A DNA stretch of 63,177 nt, filler included, from Pirum gemmata (GCA_002812295.1; 23 parts of 23 records of this genome joined end to end with filler, not necessarily neighbours in it); one strand, 5' to 3'; shown: positions 1 through 13,129, counted from the first letter of the whole stretch. Translations and numbers: made by a program. Notes: generated by a model not told the origin, from the sequence alone.

Positions 1-37
<37 letters not shown>

Positions 38-179
38 TACAAACATAAACATAAGCGTATAAAGATAAAGATTAACACAAACATAATAAGGATCATCATT
101 ATCCTTATCATAAAATAAAATAAAATAAAATAACAATAACAAAAACACGTCTAACTTTCTGAATACTATTTTGTTATAG

Positions 180-422
180 CGTGCTAGTGTAGTCGAGATG
201 AAGTTTAGTACTGTATTTCGTGATTATATGACTAAATACTATAGTGATGTGGAAACGAAAGGAAGTGACGTAGATAAAATCAACGCTGAAGATCACCTCA
301 CTTATTTACAGAGTATGAACAAACATAAGAAGCTTATGGATATTTACTACCCAGTCGGTGACGCAATGACACAAAAAGAGCGAGTAAGCAAAAGTGCTGC
401 ACGTGTTGGTTTGAAGGTTTAA
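180..422 (+). CDS. FMC1: Exon of FMC1-like mitochondrial ATP synthase assembly factor (5' part missing)
   Basis: Branch point CTAAC at 151 and acceptor TTATAG ending 179. The translation ends TYLQSMNKHKKLMDIYYPVGDAMTQKERVSKSAARVGLKV, matching the FMC1/C7orf55 C-terminal pattern (L..Y.P...M..xERV...A.RVGL). It may splice at AAG|GT 416/417 rather than stop at 422. Confidence 0.7.
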   Translation, partial: RASVVEMKFSTVFRDYMTKYYSDVETKGSDVDKINAEDHLTYLQSMNKHKKLMDIYYPVGDAMTQKERVSKSAARVGLKV

Positions 423-539
423 AAAAAAATTGAGAAGTTTGAATTTTTCTTTTTTTTTTTTGAAAAAAATATTGAAAGCTATTTCGAATTGCTGTTTTGG
501 ATTATACTACAGCAATCTATGTTAATAATATATAACAAT

Positions 540-606
540 AACCTAATACTACTACTACTGTTTCTACTACTACTGCTACTACTGCTACTAGTATTACTGT
601 TTCTGT

Positions 607-642
<36 letters not shown>

Positions 643-644
643 CA

Positions 645-677
<33 letters not shown>

Positions 678-705
678 TTACTATACTACTACTACTACTA
701 CTACA

Positions 706-739
<34 letters not shown>

Positions 740-815
740 ACTACTACTACTACTACTACTGCTACTACTACTACTACTAATACTGCTATTATTATTTTTA
801 TTATTATTATTACTA
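540..815 (+). repeat. (CTA)n/(TTA)n microsatellite
   Basis: Visible trinucleotide run; it explains the spurious poly-L ORF 489..920. Confidence 0.9.
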
Positions 816-1987
816 CGATTCACAGTTATTATACATCAACTCTGTCACTATGTTCAAGCAGGGTCGAGGGATCAAATGTTGCCATTTCGGGCATTATTAT
901 TACATCAATTTGTTATCTAATAAATAATTAATTACTTACTTCTAAAACTAAAAAAAACTAATTTGTAATATTATCTGGAATTTATAAAAACCCAAAATTG
1001 TGTACTAATAACAAACGTAATAATTATAATTGTAATAATTTCGAATAATCTATGTAAGTGAATTATAAGTGAAGTTAAATTGTTTATTAAAATTGAAAAT
1101 AAAGAATTACAATTCAAAAGTGAATGTTAGGTCACAGATTTTATTTCTCGTAATTTTTATTTATTATCAATATTATTATTATTATTATATCAATACCATT
1201 ATTATTATTATTATTATTATTGTTGTTGTTGTTCTTATTATGATAATGATTTATTACTGTATTATTACTTTAATTTGTGCTATTCACTTATTTCCACATC
1301 TTTATTTAAACTAACAAGTAAATTAAAAACGATTAAGTCAAGTTCTCAAACACATTAATGTTTTATTTATTTATTTATTTATTATTTTTTTTAATGGTAT
1401 GTACATAAAGAAATTTTATTTTTAAAAAAGCCTGTTTTCCTCTTGGACGAGGAAGAACACTGAGTTATAGTTAAGCATGAGGTCTAAAATACGAGGCAAA
1501 CGCGGATGACCTCATTTAAAGTAATATATGTGTGACAGAGCGCGAGGAAAGTTAAAAAAAAAAAATTATTATTATATTGCCATATTTGAAATAATTTGAT
1601 ACGTCACGACCACTCTCATTACTTCCACATATAGTAATATTATTATAAAAAGAAATTTCAACTTTTCTCTCCCATCGCGTGAAAATAATATTAATATGAC
1701 ATCAGCCTTATGAGTTTAAGTTATCAAATTACCTTATTTGGCTTATTTGATTACATTTGTTAATTTATTTCATTATTCTGGTGTATGGGTTGACAATTTA
1801 AATATCGACAATTTAAATATCGTAAGAGGTTGTTTTGGTAAATTGTTATTTAAAATCAATTATTTCACCATATTAATAAATATATGAAGACCAAATAAGT
1901 GTTTTCCTAATGATCTAACTGAATTTCACTCGTTTCCAATTATCTGTAATTTTGAGAAAAATGGGACAAGCCAAAAAAAAATTGTAA

Positions 1988-2306
1988 TTAGTTTTTTAAT
2001 TCTTTTTTACTTTTTTTACTTTTACTTTTTTTAGCTTTTTTAATAGCTTTTTTACTACTACTACTACTACTATCATTACATTCTGTATTTTCTTTTTCTT
2101 CTGCACTTCTTTTATTACTTTTTGCCTTCTTTTCCTTTTTACTTTTCTTACTTTTTTTGTCTTTGTTTTTCTCCTTCTTCTCCTTTTTCTTTGATTTTTT
2201 AGCTTTGATGTTTTCGTTTTCGTTTTCGTTTTCTTTATTACTCCCAGCTTCAAGGACGTTGGTATTACCGTTTAGTTTATTGACATCCTTGTTCTTATTA
2301 CTATTA

Positions 2307-2383
<77 letters not shown>

Positions 2384-2422
2384 GGTGTTGTTGTTTGAAG
2401 CTGCACTAATGTAATTTTCAAA
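1988..2422 (-). CDS. 3' end of a protein with poly-Asn and a Lys/Glu-rich (KKE-type) tail, possibly nucleolar
   Basis: Open 145-codon frame running from the contig edge: FENYISAASNNN...KAKKSKKKEKKEKNKDKKSKK...KKELKN, stop TAA at 1988-1990. The ORF track shows a different frame. Confidence 0.6.
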
Positions 2423-2424
2423 CA

Positions 2425-2524
2425 NNNNNNNNNNNNNNNNNNNNNNNNNNNNNNNNNNNNNNNNNNNNTTAATTAATTAANNNNNNNNNNNNNNNNNNNN
2501 NNNNNNNNNNNNNNNNNNNNNNNN
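2425..2524. other. Artificial contig spacer (N-run, TTAATTAATTAA, N-run); first of about 22
   Basis: The same 100-nt six-frame-stop linker recurs at ~5789, 8311, 10797, 13319, 15827, 18350, 20855, 24249, 26747, 29277, 31812, 34339, 37725, 40242, 42735, 45255, 47803, 51384, 55156, 57537 and 60055. Confidence 0.97.
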
Positions 2525-2685
2525 CACCTCTCCTAATTTTTTTGGATAGATTCTCATGAAAAAAAAAATTTTTTTGTCAAACGGCTTCAGGTTAGAATTT
2601 TGAATTTCTCACAAAAAAAAAAATTCTTGCTAGAAAAAAAAATTCTTATGAGAAAAATCGAAAAAAAAAAGTTGCCAAAAACCCT

Positions 2686-3489
2686 ATAAAAATTAAAAGT
2701 TATGGTTTTTTATACTAAAAATTAAAAGGTATGGTTTTTTATACTAAAAATTAAAAGTTATGGTTTTATATACTAAAAATTAAAAGTTATGATTTTTTAT
2801 ACTAAAAATTAAAAGTTATAGTTTTTGATTCTAAAAATTAAAAGTTATGGTTTTTTATACTAAAAATTAAAAGTTATGGTCTTTTATACTAAAAATTAAA
2901 AGTCATGGTTTTTTATACTAAAATTAAAAGTTATGGTTTATACTAAAAATTAAAAGTTATGATTTTTATACTAAAAATTAAAGTTATGGTTTTTTATACT
3001 AAAAATTAAAAGTTACAGTTTTTTTTTTATACAAAAAATTGAAAGTTATGGTTTTTTATACCTAAAAATGAAAAGTTATGGTTTTTATACTAAAAATTAA
3101 AAGTTATGGTTTATATACTAAAAATTAAAAGTTATGGTTTTTTTTACTAAAAATTAAAAATTGTGGTTTTTATACTAAAAATTAAAAATTTTGGTTTTTT
3201 ATAAAATTATAAGTTATGGTTTTTCATACTAAAAATTAAAAGTTATGGTTTTTCATACTAAAAATTAAAAGTTATGGTTTTCATAATAAAAATTAAAAGT
3301 TATGGTTTTTTATACTAAAAATTAAAAGTTATGGTTTTTTATACTAAAAATTAAAAGTTATGGTTTTTTATACTGAAAATTAAAAGGTATAGTTTTTAAT
3401 ACTGAAAATCAAAAGTTATGGTTTTTTGTACTAAAAATTAAAAGTTATGGTTTTTTATACTAAAAATTAAAAGTTATGGTTTTTTATAC
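2686..3489 (+). repeat. ~30-bp tandem minisatellite (ATACTAAAAATTAAAAGTTATGGTTTTTT)
   Basis: More than 25 near-identical tandem units read directly. Confidence 0.95.
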
Positions 3490-3987
3490 GGCAGCAGCTA
3501 TTACAGCCCTCCAGATCCTGATTTCACTGGTAGACTAACAAAACATTCACCACAAAATTTAATTTTGGAGGTCCAGATGTAGTATGAAAAAAAAATAGCA
3601 AAAATATAATATTATGTTGTTTATTGTGTAAGTCGATGAATTTTTGTGCTACGGTAGTCTACAATAATTAAATTAAAAAGTAAAGTTGTAGTTAAAACAA
3701 TTATCTGCGAAAGTTAAATAACAACCATGATTAATGGATCAATATTCATACCGATTAATTGAACATTAAACCTTCATTTTAAGCTTTAAAAAACAGACAT
3801 TCAGATCCAAATTTCAGTTGGTAGACTAAAATTCTGCAGATTAGACTATTACTAAAAGAAAACTACACACAAAAAATTAATTTAAAATTTAGTCCATTTT
3901 TGGAGCAGTTTGGACTGCGTGGACCATTTTTTTTGAAGGCTCGGAATTAACTTTGATGGGGTTATAATCAACTTAGATCTACAGCTG

Positions 3988-4020
<33 letters not shown>

Positions 4021-5210
4021 CAAAAATCAACTCATGAAGTTAATTAATCTTGTTCGAAACAATGAAATGATCTATTTATGTGTGAATGTCATGGTTTAGA
4101 GGTTTGAAGTAATGCTTAATACTGCTTAACTAACCTCCAAACTTCAAAATTTCGAAAATCACAATATTTTATATAAATCAAGGCATGTCAAAAGGGATCA
4201 CCAGGGGTCGTCAGGGATATCAATAAAATGAGCGTGTGATACACTGGCAAGCTTAGGGACTCTTTAGGGCAAGCAGGAACTTGAAGTGGATCACCCATTA
4301 AAACAGTACCGAAAAAAGATAGTTTTTATTTTAAAAATGACCATTTTTATAAAAACTACTAGATAAGTATAATTTTGTAAGTATTAAAAAAACCAAATTA
4401 TTATTTTGATGTCGCCGATCAAAAACAATTTCCTGTTGCTCTAATTTTCAAATATTATAAAGCTCGTCGTAAGGTTTCCAACGATTGTACTTTTCTTGGC
4501 TGGTCAACACCCTCCCATATGAAAAACTTTTTTTTGCAAGCACATAAGGTGCCTGGGTGTCTCGCGGGGGATACATGTAGAAAGTCACATTTATTTATAA
4601 CAATCCTAGCTAGTAGTCTATCGTAGACCCTGGTCTACGGTCGAAAAAAAAAAAAATACCGGGTAGACTGGGGTCTATAGACTAGTAGTATTATGATAGC
4701 TAGTAGTACAAATGAAACTAGGTTTTTTTTTCTGCCAGGTTTTTATTTATAGGGTTTTTGGCAAAAAAAAATTTTTTGATTATTCCCGCGAGAATTTCAT
4801 GGACAAAGTAAAATTCTCGTCAACGTCTAACCTAGGTTGCCAAACGGGGTGGGCCAGTTTTTTTTNNNNNNNNNNNNNNNNNNNNNNNNNNNNNNNNNNN
4901 NNNNNNNNNNNNNNNNNNNNNNNNNNNNNNNNNNNNNNNNNNNNNNNNNNNNNNNNNNNNNNNNNNNNNNNNNNNNNNNNNNNNNNNNNNNNNNNNNNNN
5001 NNNNNNNNNNNNNNNNNNNNNNNNNNNNNNGTGGTTGTGGTTGCTGTGGTTGTTGTGGTTGTGGTTGCTGTGGTTGTTGTGGTTGTGGTTGTGGTTGTGG
5101 TTGTGGTTTTGTGGTTGTGGTTGTGGTTGTGGTTTTGTGGTGGTGGTGGTGGTTGTTGTTGTTGTTGTTGTTAGCCCTTGACCCATATTTATAATCATTA
5201 CATATTATAG

Positions 5211-5566
5211 TTCCTGGAGCTTCAAATTATGATAATGGGGAAAAGCGTACCGAGATTCGTGACCTTGGTAAAAGTCACCAAAAACTACGTATTACATATG
5301 AAATATACCTCGCCATTGGTCGTTCTTTATTAAAATGCATAGAAATTCGATGTACCAATGCTTGTGCTAAGATTGATGACAGTGATGAAGATGAAGATTA
5401 TCAATACACTTACGAAGATGAACAAGCGGAAGAGAAAACTAATATTTTTACTAAAACTGTGTGCAATGCCTGGTTGCAGTGTTATAGTAGACTCGCAGAA
5501 TGTATCATGAACTATAGAGGAATGGAAGAACCTGTTATTTATGACAAACTTAAATTAGAATATTAA
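5211..5566 (+). CDS. Terminal exon of a globin-domain protein (helices F, G, H)
   Basis: Acceptor TTATAG ends at 5210. The frame from 5213 reads PGASNYDNGEKRTEIRDLGKSHQKLRITYEIYLAIGRSLLKCIE-(acidic insert)-FTKTVCNAWLQCYSRLAECIM...EY*. It has LGxxH (proximal His F8), YxxxGxxLL (helix G) and FT....AW...Y..LA (helix H). Confidence 0.8.
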
Positions 5567-6056
5567 GTAATAGTAAAAAATAAACAGGGTCAGAGTTAGA
5601 GTTAGAGGTAGAGTTAGTTAGGGTTAGGGTTAGGGTTAGGGACAAACAAAATAAAAATTATGACGACTTTTTCAGGAAGGAAAGAACTCCATTATTTAAG
5701 ACCATGATAAAAGTAAAACAGAAAGTTTGCAAGTAAAAAGAAAAAAAAAACAAAAAAGAAAATATGGCGATAAAGTACTAGGTCAAAGNNNNNNNNNNNN
5801 NNNNNNNNNNNNNNNNNNNNNNNNNNNNNNNNTTAATTAATTAANNNNNNNNNNNNNNNNNNNNNNNNNNNNNNNNNNNNNNNNNNNNATTATTATTATT
5901 ATAATTATCATTATTATCATACTACTAACATACGTTCGAAAATCAGCAATTTCGAGCGAGTTTTTTGAAAAGAACTCGCCTGTTTACAATATACATTCCA
6001 CATATAATATTGAACCTTTTTTAATATTTTCGAGTTTATTTAGTAATTACATTCGA

Positions 6057-7008
6057 ACTAAAGTATAGTTAGCACGGATGACGTCATAATAATATATTTT
6101 TATTTTTTGTCAACATCAATTCAATTTGAGGAAAAGAGAATTTCCCTCTAAAAATTAAATTACTAATTATTAGAAGACTAAGAGTAACTATGATGTTTCT
6201 TGATTACTCTCATATATTTAAAAATGGGGTAAAATATACCCTAATGGGGTAACATTTATACCCTTATGGTTATGGGTTTTGCGTTTGTTTTTTTAATTTC
6301 TAATTTTAAATACACCTAATTTTTTGCCTCCCTAACTTTTTTTCGCAATTTTGTAGTAGACTATTTTTGAAGGCCAAATTTAGTTAGACTCAGTCAGAAA
6401 ATAAATTATTGGTAAGCGTTTGACTAATAATTATATGAAATTTATTTTTTGGTATGATGGTCTAAAAAAAAAAATTAGGTATTAATACAAAAATAACATT
6501 TCAGGAGTACTACTCGAAATGGATTCCACAAGTTTCGGACATAAAACAATGATGAAAAACTTTTGAACTAATAAAGCTATTATAATGAAACTTTCACCAC
6601 TCTAAACTACTTTTACAAGAGGATTCGATCGATATAAATAAAACATTATATGAATATCATAACAAATATTATTTTGCTTCAGAGCATCATTTTGACGGGA
6701 AGGAAAAAAATAGGGTGTTTTAAAAATTAAAAATTAAAAATTAAAAATTAAAAATTAAAAATTAAAAATTAGGGCTTAAAAAAAAAAAACTTTTATTTTC
6801 ACACCTATATTTTATAAAAAGATAAATCCTTTGTTTTTAAAAAACACTTTATTTTAACACCTATGAGTTTATATATTCTATATAAATACAATGGTAATAT
6901 TGTATATGGTAATCTATGAGAGGGGAATTTACTTTTCCTCTACCTGAAGCGAGGTTAGAAAAATATACATATATTGTAACGTCATCCCTGTTTACCCTAT
7001 ACTTTAGT
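6057..7008. mobile_element. Degenerate ~1-kb element with long imperfect inverted repeats
   Basis: ACTAAAGTATAG..GGATGACGT and GAGGAAAAG..AATTTCCCTCT at 6057-6152 are mirrored at 6915-7008. No coding capacity seen. Confidence 0.55.
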
Positions 7009-7277
7009 CCCTATGGTAATTATGAGTTTTTAAGAATATAAATTTTTGAATCTGGAATTTTTTCTTAAGTTTTCACTGCAATATTTTAGTTTTTTATCTT
7101 AAAAAACGAACAACTTCAACAAGCTCGAAAAAACAAGCTCGAAAAATATGAAAATTTTGGATATATGCAAACTATGAACTAATCGAATCGATGTTGCAAC
7201 TATTTTCATTTTTTGTGAAGGTGTAAACCCCCCTTTTTTTTTGATATTTTTTTTTGAAAAATGATTGGTTGCGTAAT

Positions 7278-7647
7278 AAGTTTATTGCTTATCGAACCGA
7301 GTTTCAAGTCCAGAAAGTTATTATACTTGTGTGTGTGTATGTATATAATTTTCGTTATGATTATTATCGACAATATATTGTAGTAATAAAGTTTATTATA
7401 GTTTATTTTCTAAATATTAACGAGTTTATGTATTTACGATATTTAATAGTTTTCCTTGTTAAGTTTATTGCTTATTGAACCGAGTTTCAAGTCCAGAAAG
7501 TTATTACACTTGTGTGTGTGTATATATGTATATAATTTTCGTTATGATTGTTATCGACAATATATTGTAGAAATAAAGTTTATTATAGTTTATTTTCTAA
7601 ATATTAACGAGTTTATGTATTTACGATATTTAATAGATTTCCTTGTT
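7278..7647 (+). repeat. Tandem duplication of a ~183-bp unit; diverged relative at ~50705-50890
   Basis: Units start AAGTTTATTGCTTA at 7278 and 7461. They share TAAATATTAACGAGTTTAT with the copy near 50830. Confidence 0.85.
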
Positions 7648-8776
7648 GTCATTCCTCATATACTTTCTAAAAGACTTCACAAGCAACCAACTTATACATA
7701 GAGTAAGCTTGTACCACCTAGGTGACTATGCCCAAATCCCTATCTGGGCTACCGGTCTTTTTACCCATTCCTCTTTAAACACGTTTCGAGCTTTTAGTAC
7801 GACATCAACACTTTGGAGATGCGGGAAAACCCATCGAACCGAGACTAGTTCGAAACTTTCGAAATTTTTCGATCTAATTTTAAGTATTGACTCACTTTTG
7901 ATTTCATTAAACGATTCTTAGATCAAAATTGTCACTATTTAATAATTAGAATCGAGCTGTTTGATTCGATTATGTTTTCCCGTATCTCCCTTATCTCGAG
8001 TATATATATATAGTCTTGAAAAATCGAGTCTAATTCGATTTTTTCAGAACTTATTAAATCTTTTAGGTTTTTTATAGATTCGAAAATTTTAATCCTATTT
8101 ATTTAAATTATATATTATATAGGCTTGAAAAAATCAAGTCTTAATTTGAAATTGTGTTGTTTTGTTTTGTTTTTGTTTCTGTTTGTTTTTTGTTTGTTGG
8201 TTTTGTTTGTTTGTTTTCTTTTGTTTGTTTGTTTGATTTGTTTGATTTATCTATTTATTTATTTATATTTATCTATTTACTTATTTATTTATTTATTTAT
8301 TTATTTATTTNNNNNNNNNNNNNNNNNNNNNNNNNNNNNNNNNNNNNNNNNNNNTTAATTAATTAANNNNNNNNNNNNNNNNNNNNNNNNNNNNNNNNNN
8401 NNNNNNNNNNATTATAACCCTCCAAATAAATATTTAGAGTGACAAAATAAGTGAAAAGCTCAATAGCTAATACTACGTACTAACGAACTAATAGTGCTAC
8501 TAATTATAATAATACTACTAGTACTACTACTAATACTTAATACTACTATCACATATGCTACTGCCACTAAACTTATAATTAAGCTTATTAATATAATACA
8601 ACGTTAACAACAGCAAAAAAAACTAACCATCGATATCGATATTACAATTGCGACCAGTACTACCTCGTATACCAATTACACTTCTACGGCTATTATTATT
8701 AATAATAATAATATATTAATATATTAATATATATTAATTTAATACATAATTATATATAATATATATATATCTACTG

Positions 8777-8827
<51 letters not shown>

Positions 8828-9915
8828 TTAATATCGATACTTGTAACTATACTATATAGCTTCAACTAGTACTACTAATATATATATTATATAATTAATA
8901 CATAACTAATTGATTTATTTCTAATATTATAATATGTACAACATTAATAATACTACATATACGCACTAATAATAATATTTAAATTTAAAATTATTAATAA
9001 TTTATAATAATATATGATATTAAAAAAAAATTTAAAATAATGTTAATTTTAATTAAATGGTCAATATCAATAAAGTTAAAATGGTCTATTATATGATTTA
9101 CAATGGTCGTTAAACCCCAACTAATTTCCAAAGCTAATTTGATTTTTGTTATTAATACAATCATAGTCTCTATAGAGGGGTTAGGGTTAGGGTTAGGGTT
9201 AAGGTTGTTCTGTTTGGGCTAGCTTTTGATCAAGTGTTAACGTACGTTAACGCTATAATAGCGTTTGATTTTAAATTTGAGTTTGTTTTCCTTGAGTTTG
9301 GTTGAAGGCTATGTCTGGCTGTACATGACATTGTGCTGTTTCCTTTCTAGTCGCTTTCTGGGTTACTGGTTTGTTGTTTTGAAGTGAAGCTGTTGCCATT
9401 TGGTTTTTTGGTAGCTTTTCTGTTTGGTTGTTTTGAGATATTAACTGTTTCTTTTTTGTTTTTACTGTTAATTAATTATAAGGGTGTTGTTGTTGCCATT
9501 ATATTCGCTTTCTGAGTTATTTTTTTCATTGTTTTACTTAAAGTGTTGCCATTTTGTTTTTTTTGGTAGTTTTTCGGTTTGGATGTTTTGAGGTGACAAT
9601 TAAAAAACTGTTTCTTTTTTTGTTTTTACTTTTGAGGGTTGTTGTTGTTGCCTTTGCCTTTTAAGGATGTTGAATATGCTTGTGATTTAAATTTGTTGTT
9701 CGATTTGTTCGATTTTTTGATTAAAATTTTGTTAAGTGTATAAATATATATTAAATAAGTAGATTCGATGTTCGTCGTTGTTGAATAAATGCATAATATT
9801 ATATGCATATTAATATTAATATTAATACAAGCTTCAGGAAAAAAATATTTTTTTCCTGGGATCTTGATATTTAATAATTAATATGATATTATTAATATTT
9901 ATTTATTATTAATAT

Positions 9916-10104
9916 TATCGTGCTTTTTAATTGTTTTGTCATCATAAAATGTACAATAAAGAGTACCAAATTAATACAATATAAATCCATTTTATTTAAT
10001 TTGGTATATTTTATAATCTAATTATTAATTTAAAAATATCAATTTAAATATTATAACCAACCAAATAAATATTCAGAGTGACAAAATAAATGAAAAGCAC
10101 AATA
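9916..10104 (+). mobile_element. MITE family A (~185 bp), complete copy
   Basis: Termini TATCGTGCTTTT..TTTTGTCA / TGACAAAATAAATGAAAAGCACAATA; many copies elsewhere in the window. Confidence 0.85.
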
Positions 10105-10492
10105 GATGATAAAATAAAATAAAAAAGCGGGATTTATTCAACTGATATAGACTAGACCGGCCCTGAGTAGACCGGCCGGTCTATTATCACTATTATCATC
10201 TCAATCTTTAATTTGGTACTGTTTAAGTGTATAATTGAGCTTGTTTATAAAATACAATATTAAGTAAAAAATACCAAATTAATTAAAACCTACCCGATAG
10301 TTTAACCATAATAATAATTTGGTATGGTTTTTTCTATACATATATAGAAGTAGGTCAACCGGTAGACTAGCTAGCTAGACTGTAGCTAGCTAGCTATCGA
10401 TAGCTAGAGCAAATCAGCGCAAAAATATGCAAAAATTCTTTTTTTTTGTTTTTGTTTTTTTGTTTTTGTTTTTTTGTTTTTGTTTTTTTGTT

Positions 10493-10711
10493 TTCGTTTT
10501 CATCAATGTGTTGTCCAGTTCAAATTCTCAGAGTTCAAATTTCAAAAACTGAAATAAACGTACCAAATTATTATTCTGGTTAAACTATTAAGCATGTTTT
10601 AATTAATTTGGTATTTTATAATTAATATTTTATTTTATAAAAAGGTTCAATTATACACTTAAACAGTACCAAATTAAAGATTGAGAGGACAACTGTAATT
10701 AAATAGACGAT
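10493..10711 (+). mobile_element. MITE family C (~190-210 bp) copy
   Basis: Matches 22380-22570 and the reverse complement of 44781-44982; an inverted partial copy lies at ~10190-10335. Confidence 0.7.
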
Positions 10712-10896
10712 GGATAGACTAGTCTAGACTAGACTAGTACTTTTCAGTTGTTTTGTCATCATAAAGTATACAATAAATAGTACCAAATTAATACAANNNN
10801 NNNNNNNNNNNNNNNNNNNNNNNNNNNNNNNNNNNNNNNNTTAATTAATTAANNNNNNNNNNNNNNNNNNNNNNNNNNNNNNNNNNNNNNNNNNNN

Positions 10897-11023
10897 GGTG
10901 CGTTCAAGGGGTAGGTAGGTAGGTGGTATTTGACCGGAAATTAACGTCAAGGGGTAGGTAGGTAGGGGTATTTGAAGCTGTACTTGACCGGAAATTGGCG
11001 TTATGTAGTATTTGAAAGCTCCC
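10897..11023 (+). mobile_element. Short Harbinger-like MITE (family B2), degenerate
   Basis: GGGGTAGGTAGGTAGG internal motifs and right end GGCGTTATGTAGTATTTGAAAGCTCCC. Confidence 0.7.
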
Positions 11024-12307
11024 AAACAGGAAACTGGTTTGGCTTTTTGGTTTTTTAAAAATGTTTTTGATTTGCCTGGAAAAAAGCGAACAAACTTTTT
11101 TATGTTGAGTTGTGAGTGAATTTCCAATTTTCTATTTGTATTTATTTGTAAACGGATAAAAAGGAAAATTAGTATGATAATTACATAACATAGACTTCTC
11201 GGCTTCTCGCAGCCTTCATTTTCGGTCACGAATTGCAAGTTTGCAACTATCGCAACAATTTTGCAGAATAATGGTTTTACACAAAAAAGGTTTGTTCTTT
11301 TTTGCAAAAAAAATATTTATTTATTAAAAAAAAAAATTAATATTAATATAACTGTACCGTATTTAAATTTATAAGAAAAAAACAAAACGAACTATGAGTC
11401 TATCAGACTCTATCTTTTATAATCTATCTGATATTGATGTGCTATACATTATATAATACTAATAAAGTCACTCATACTGTCATACAATAAAAAAATATCA
11501 CTGTAAGACTGCAATATTTTTTTTTTAAAAAAAAAAATAGTTAAATATCTATTATCTTTTTTGGCTAAATATAGATACAGCCATAGTAAAAACGGCTTTT
11601 TTTTTTTATCTACAGACTAGACTAGTATCAGATAGAACAATAACAATAAGTAACGATAACAATAATAATACATGATAGCAATAAGAATATAATATAGTCT
11701 AATTAATAATAATAATAATAATAATAACAAAAACTATAATTATAACTATATAACAATAACAATAACAGTAACAATAACAGTAACAATAAAACAATAACAA
11801 TGTATTAATAACAATAACAATATATAACAATGAACATTACTAAACGAAACCCTAATAATATACTAACAGAATTGACATGTGTAACAATGAACAATACTAA
11901 ACGAAATCCTAACATACTAACAGAATTGACATAATAATGTTGCGAATCTAGCTAGGGCTGTAGTCGATTGCACAGAACAAACTAATAGACTGTCACATGA
12001 CTCACATAATTATAATCTTATAATCCTTATTAGACCCCAACTTTAGCCTGCAACTTTAGCACAGCTTAGACTAGTAGTAGTGTTTCATTTTTTAAAAAAT
12101 ATTATTAGTTATAATTATTTCTGATAATTATTTATTATTATAATAAGATATCAATAGACTATCGGACAATTGTTTTTCTAAAGCTAGCTAGAGTTTTTTT
12201 GTTTGTAATAAACAATATCGTTTGTTTGGCATAAGTTTAGTTATTACTTAATTTGGAACATAATTTACTAAAAACGTAGTTTAATGGTTTTTAATATAAT
12301 CAAAATT

Positions 12308-12882
12308 AGAAAATCGGATTAGGCCAAAAAAAATACTAGAAAAAAAAAAAAGTGACCCAGTAATAACTTTAATTTCATCCAATAAAAAATGTGCTTTGAA
12401 TTTGTAATTTAATTTGTAAATTAAGTAAATAACTTACTAAATAACGTATTTTAATGATAATTATATTTCTAAATATAGTCTCAAAAACAGAGGCCAAAAA
12501 AAATACTAGAAAAAAAACAGTAGTGACCCAGTAATAACTTTAATTTCATCCAATAAAAAATGTGTTTTGAATTTGGAATTTTATTACCTAATTTAGTAAA
12601 ATACTTACTTAATAACGTATTTTGTTGATAATTATATTACTAAATATAGTCTCAAATACAAATTTCATCCAATAAAAAATGTGCTTTGAATTGTAATTGC
12701 ATTACTTAATTTAATAAATAGATTACTAAATAACGTATTTTGATGATAATTATATTTCTAAATATAGTCTCAAAAACAGAAAATCGCATTAGGCCAAAAA
12801 AAATACTAGGAAAAAAAACAGTAGTGGGCCTAGCTAGTGGCCCAGAAATGGATTTAATTTCAACAAATAAAAAATGTGCTTC
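12308..12882 (+). repeat. Tandem array of 3-4 copies of a ~125-175-bp unit
   Basis: AATTTCATCCAATAAAAAATGTG and TAAATATAGTCTCAAA recur in each unit. Confidence 0.85.
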
Positions 12883-12954
12883 GAATTAATTTTGAAACAG
12901 TCTAATCGTAGGACCCCAAATTCTCAAACGCCTAAGGTAGCCCAATGCCGAGTC

Positions 12955-13129
12955 TATTGTGCTTTTCATTTATTTTGTCACTCTGAATATTTATTTGGTT
13001 GGTTATAATATTTAATTTGACGTTTTTAAATGAATAAATAGATAATAAAGTATAGCAAATTGAATTAAATGGATTTATATAGTATTAATTTGGTATTATT
13101 TATTGTATATATTATGATGAAAAGCAGTA
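12955..13129 (-). mobile_element. MITE family A, reverse copy
   Basis: Starts TATTGTGCTTTTCATTTATTTTGTCAC, the reverse complement of the family A right end. Confidence 0.8.

Noticed and set aside
2686..3489. CRISPR-like ~30-bp periodicity
   Set aside because: Units are contiguous with no unique spacers, there are no cas genes, and the context is eukaryotic.
9290..9800. K/N/Q-rich minus-strand frame with internal duplication
   Set aside because: Interrupted by stops and lacks any recognisable domain.
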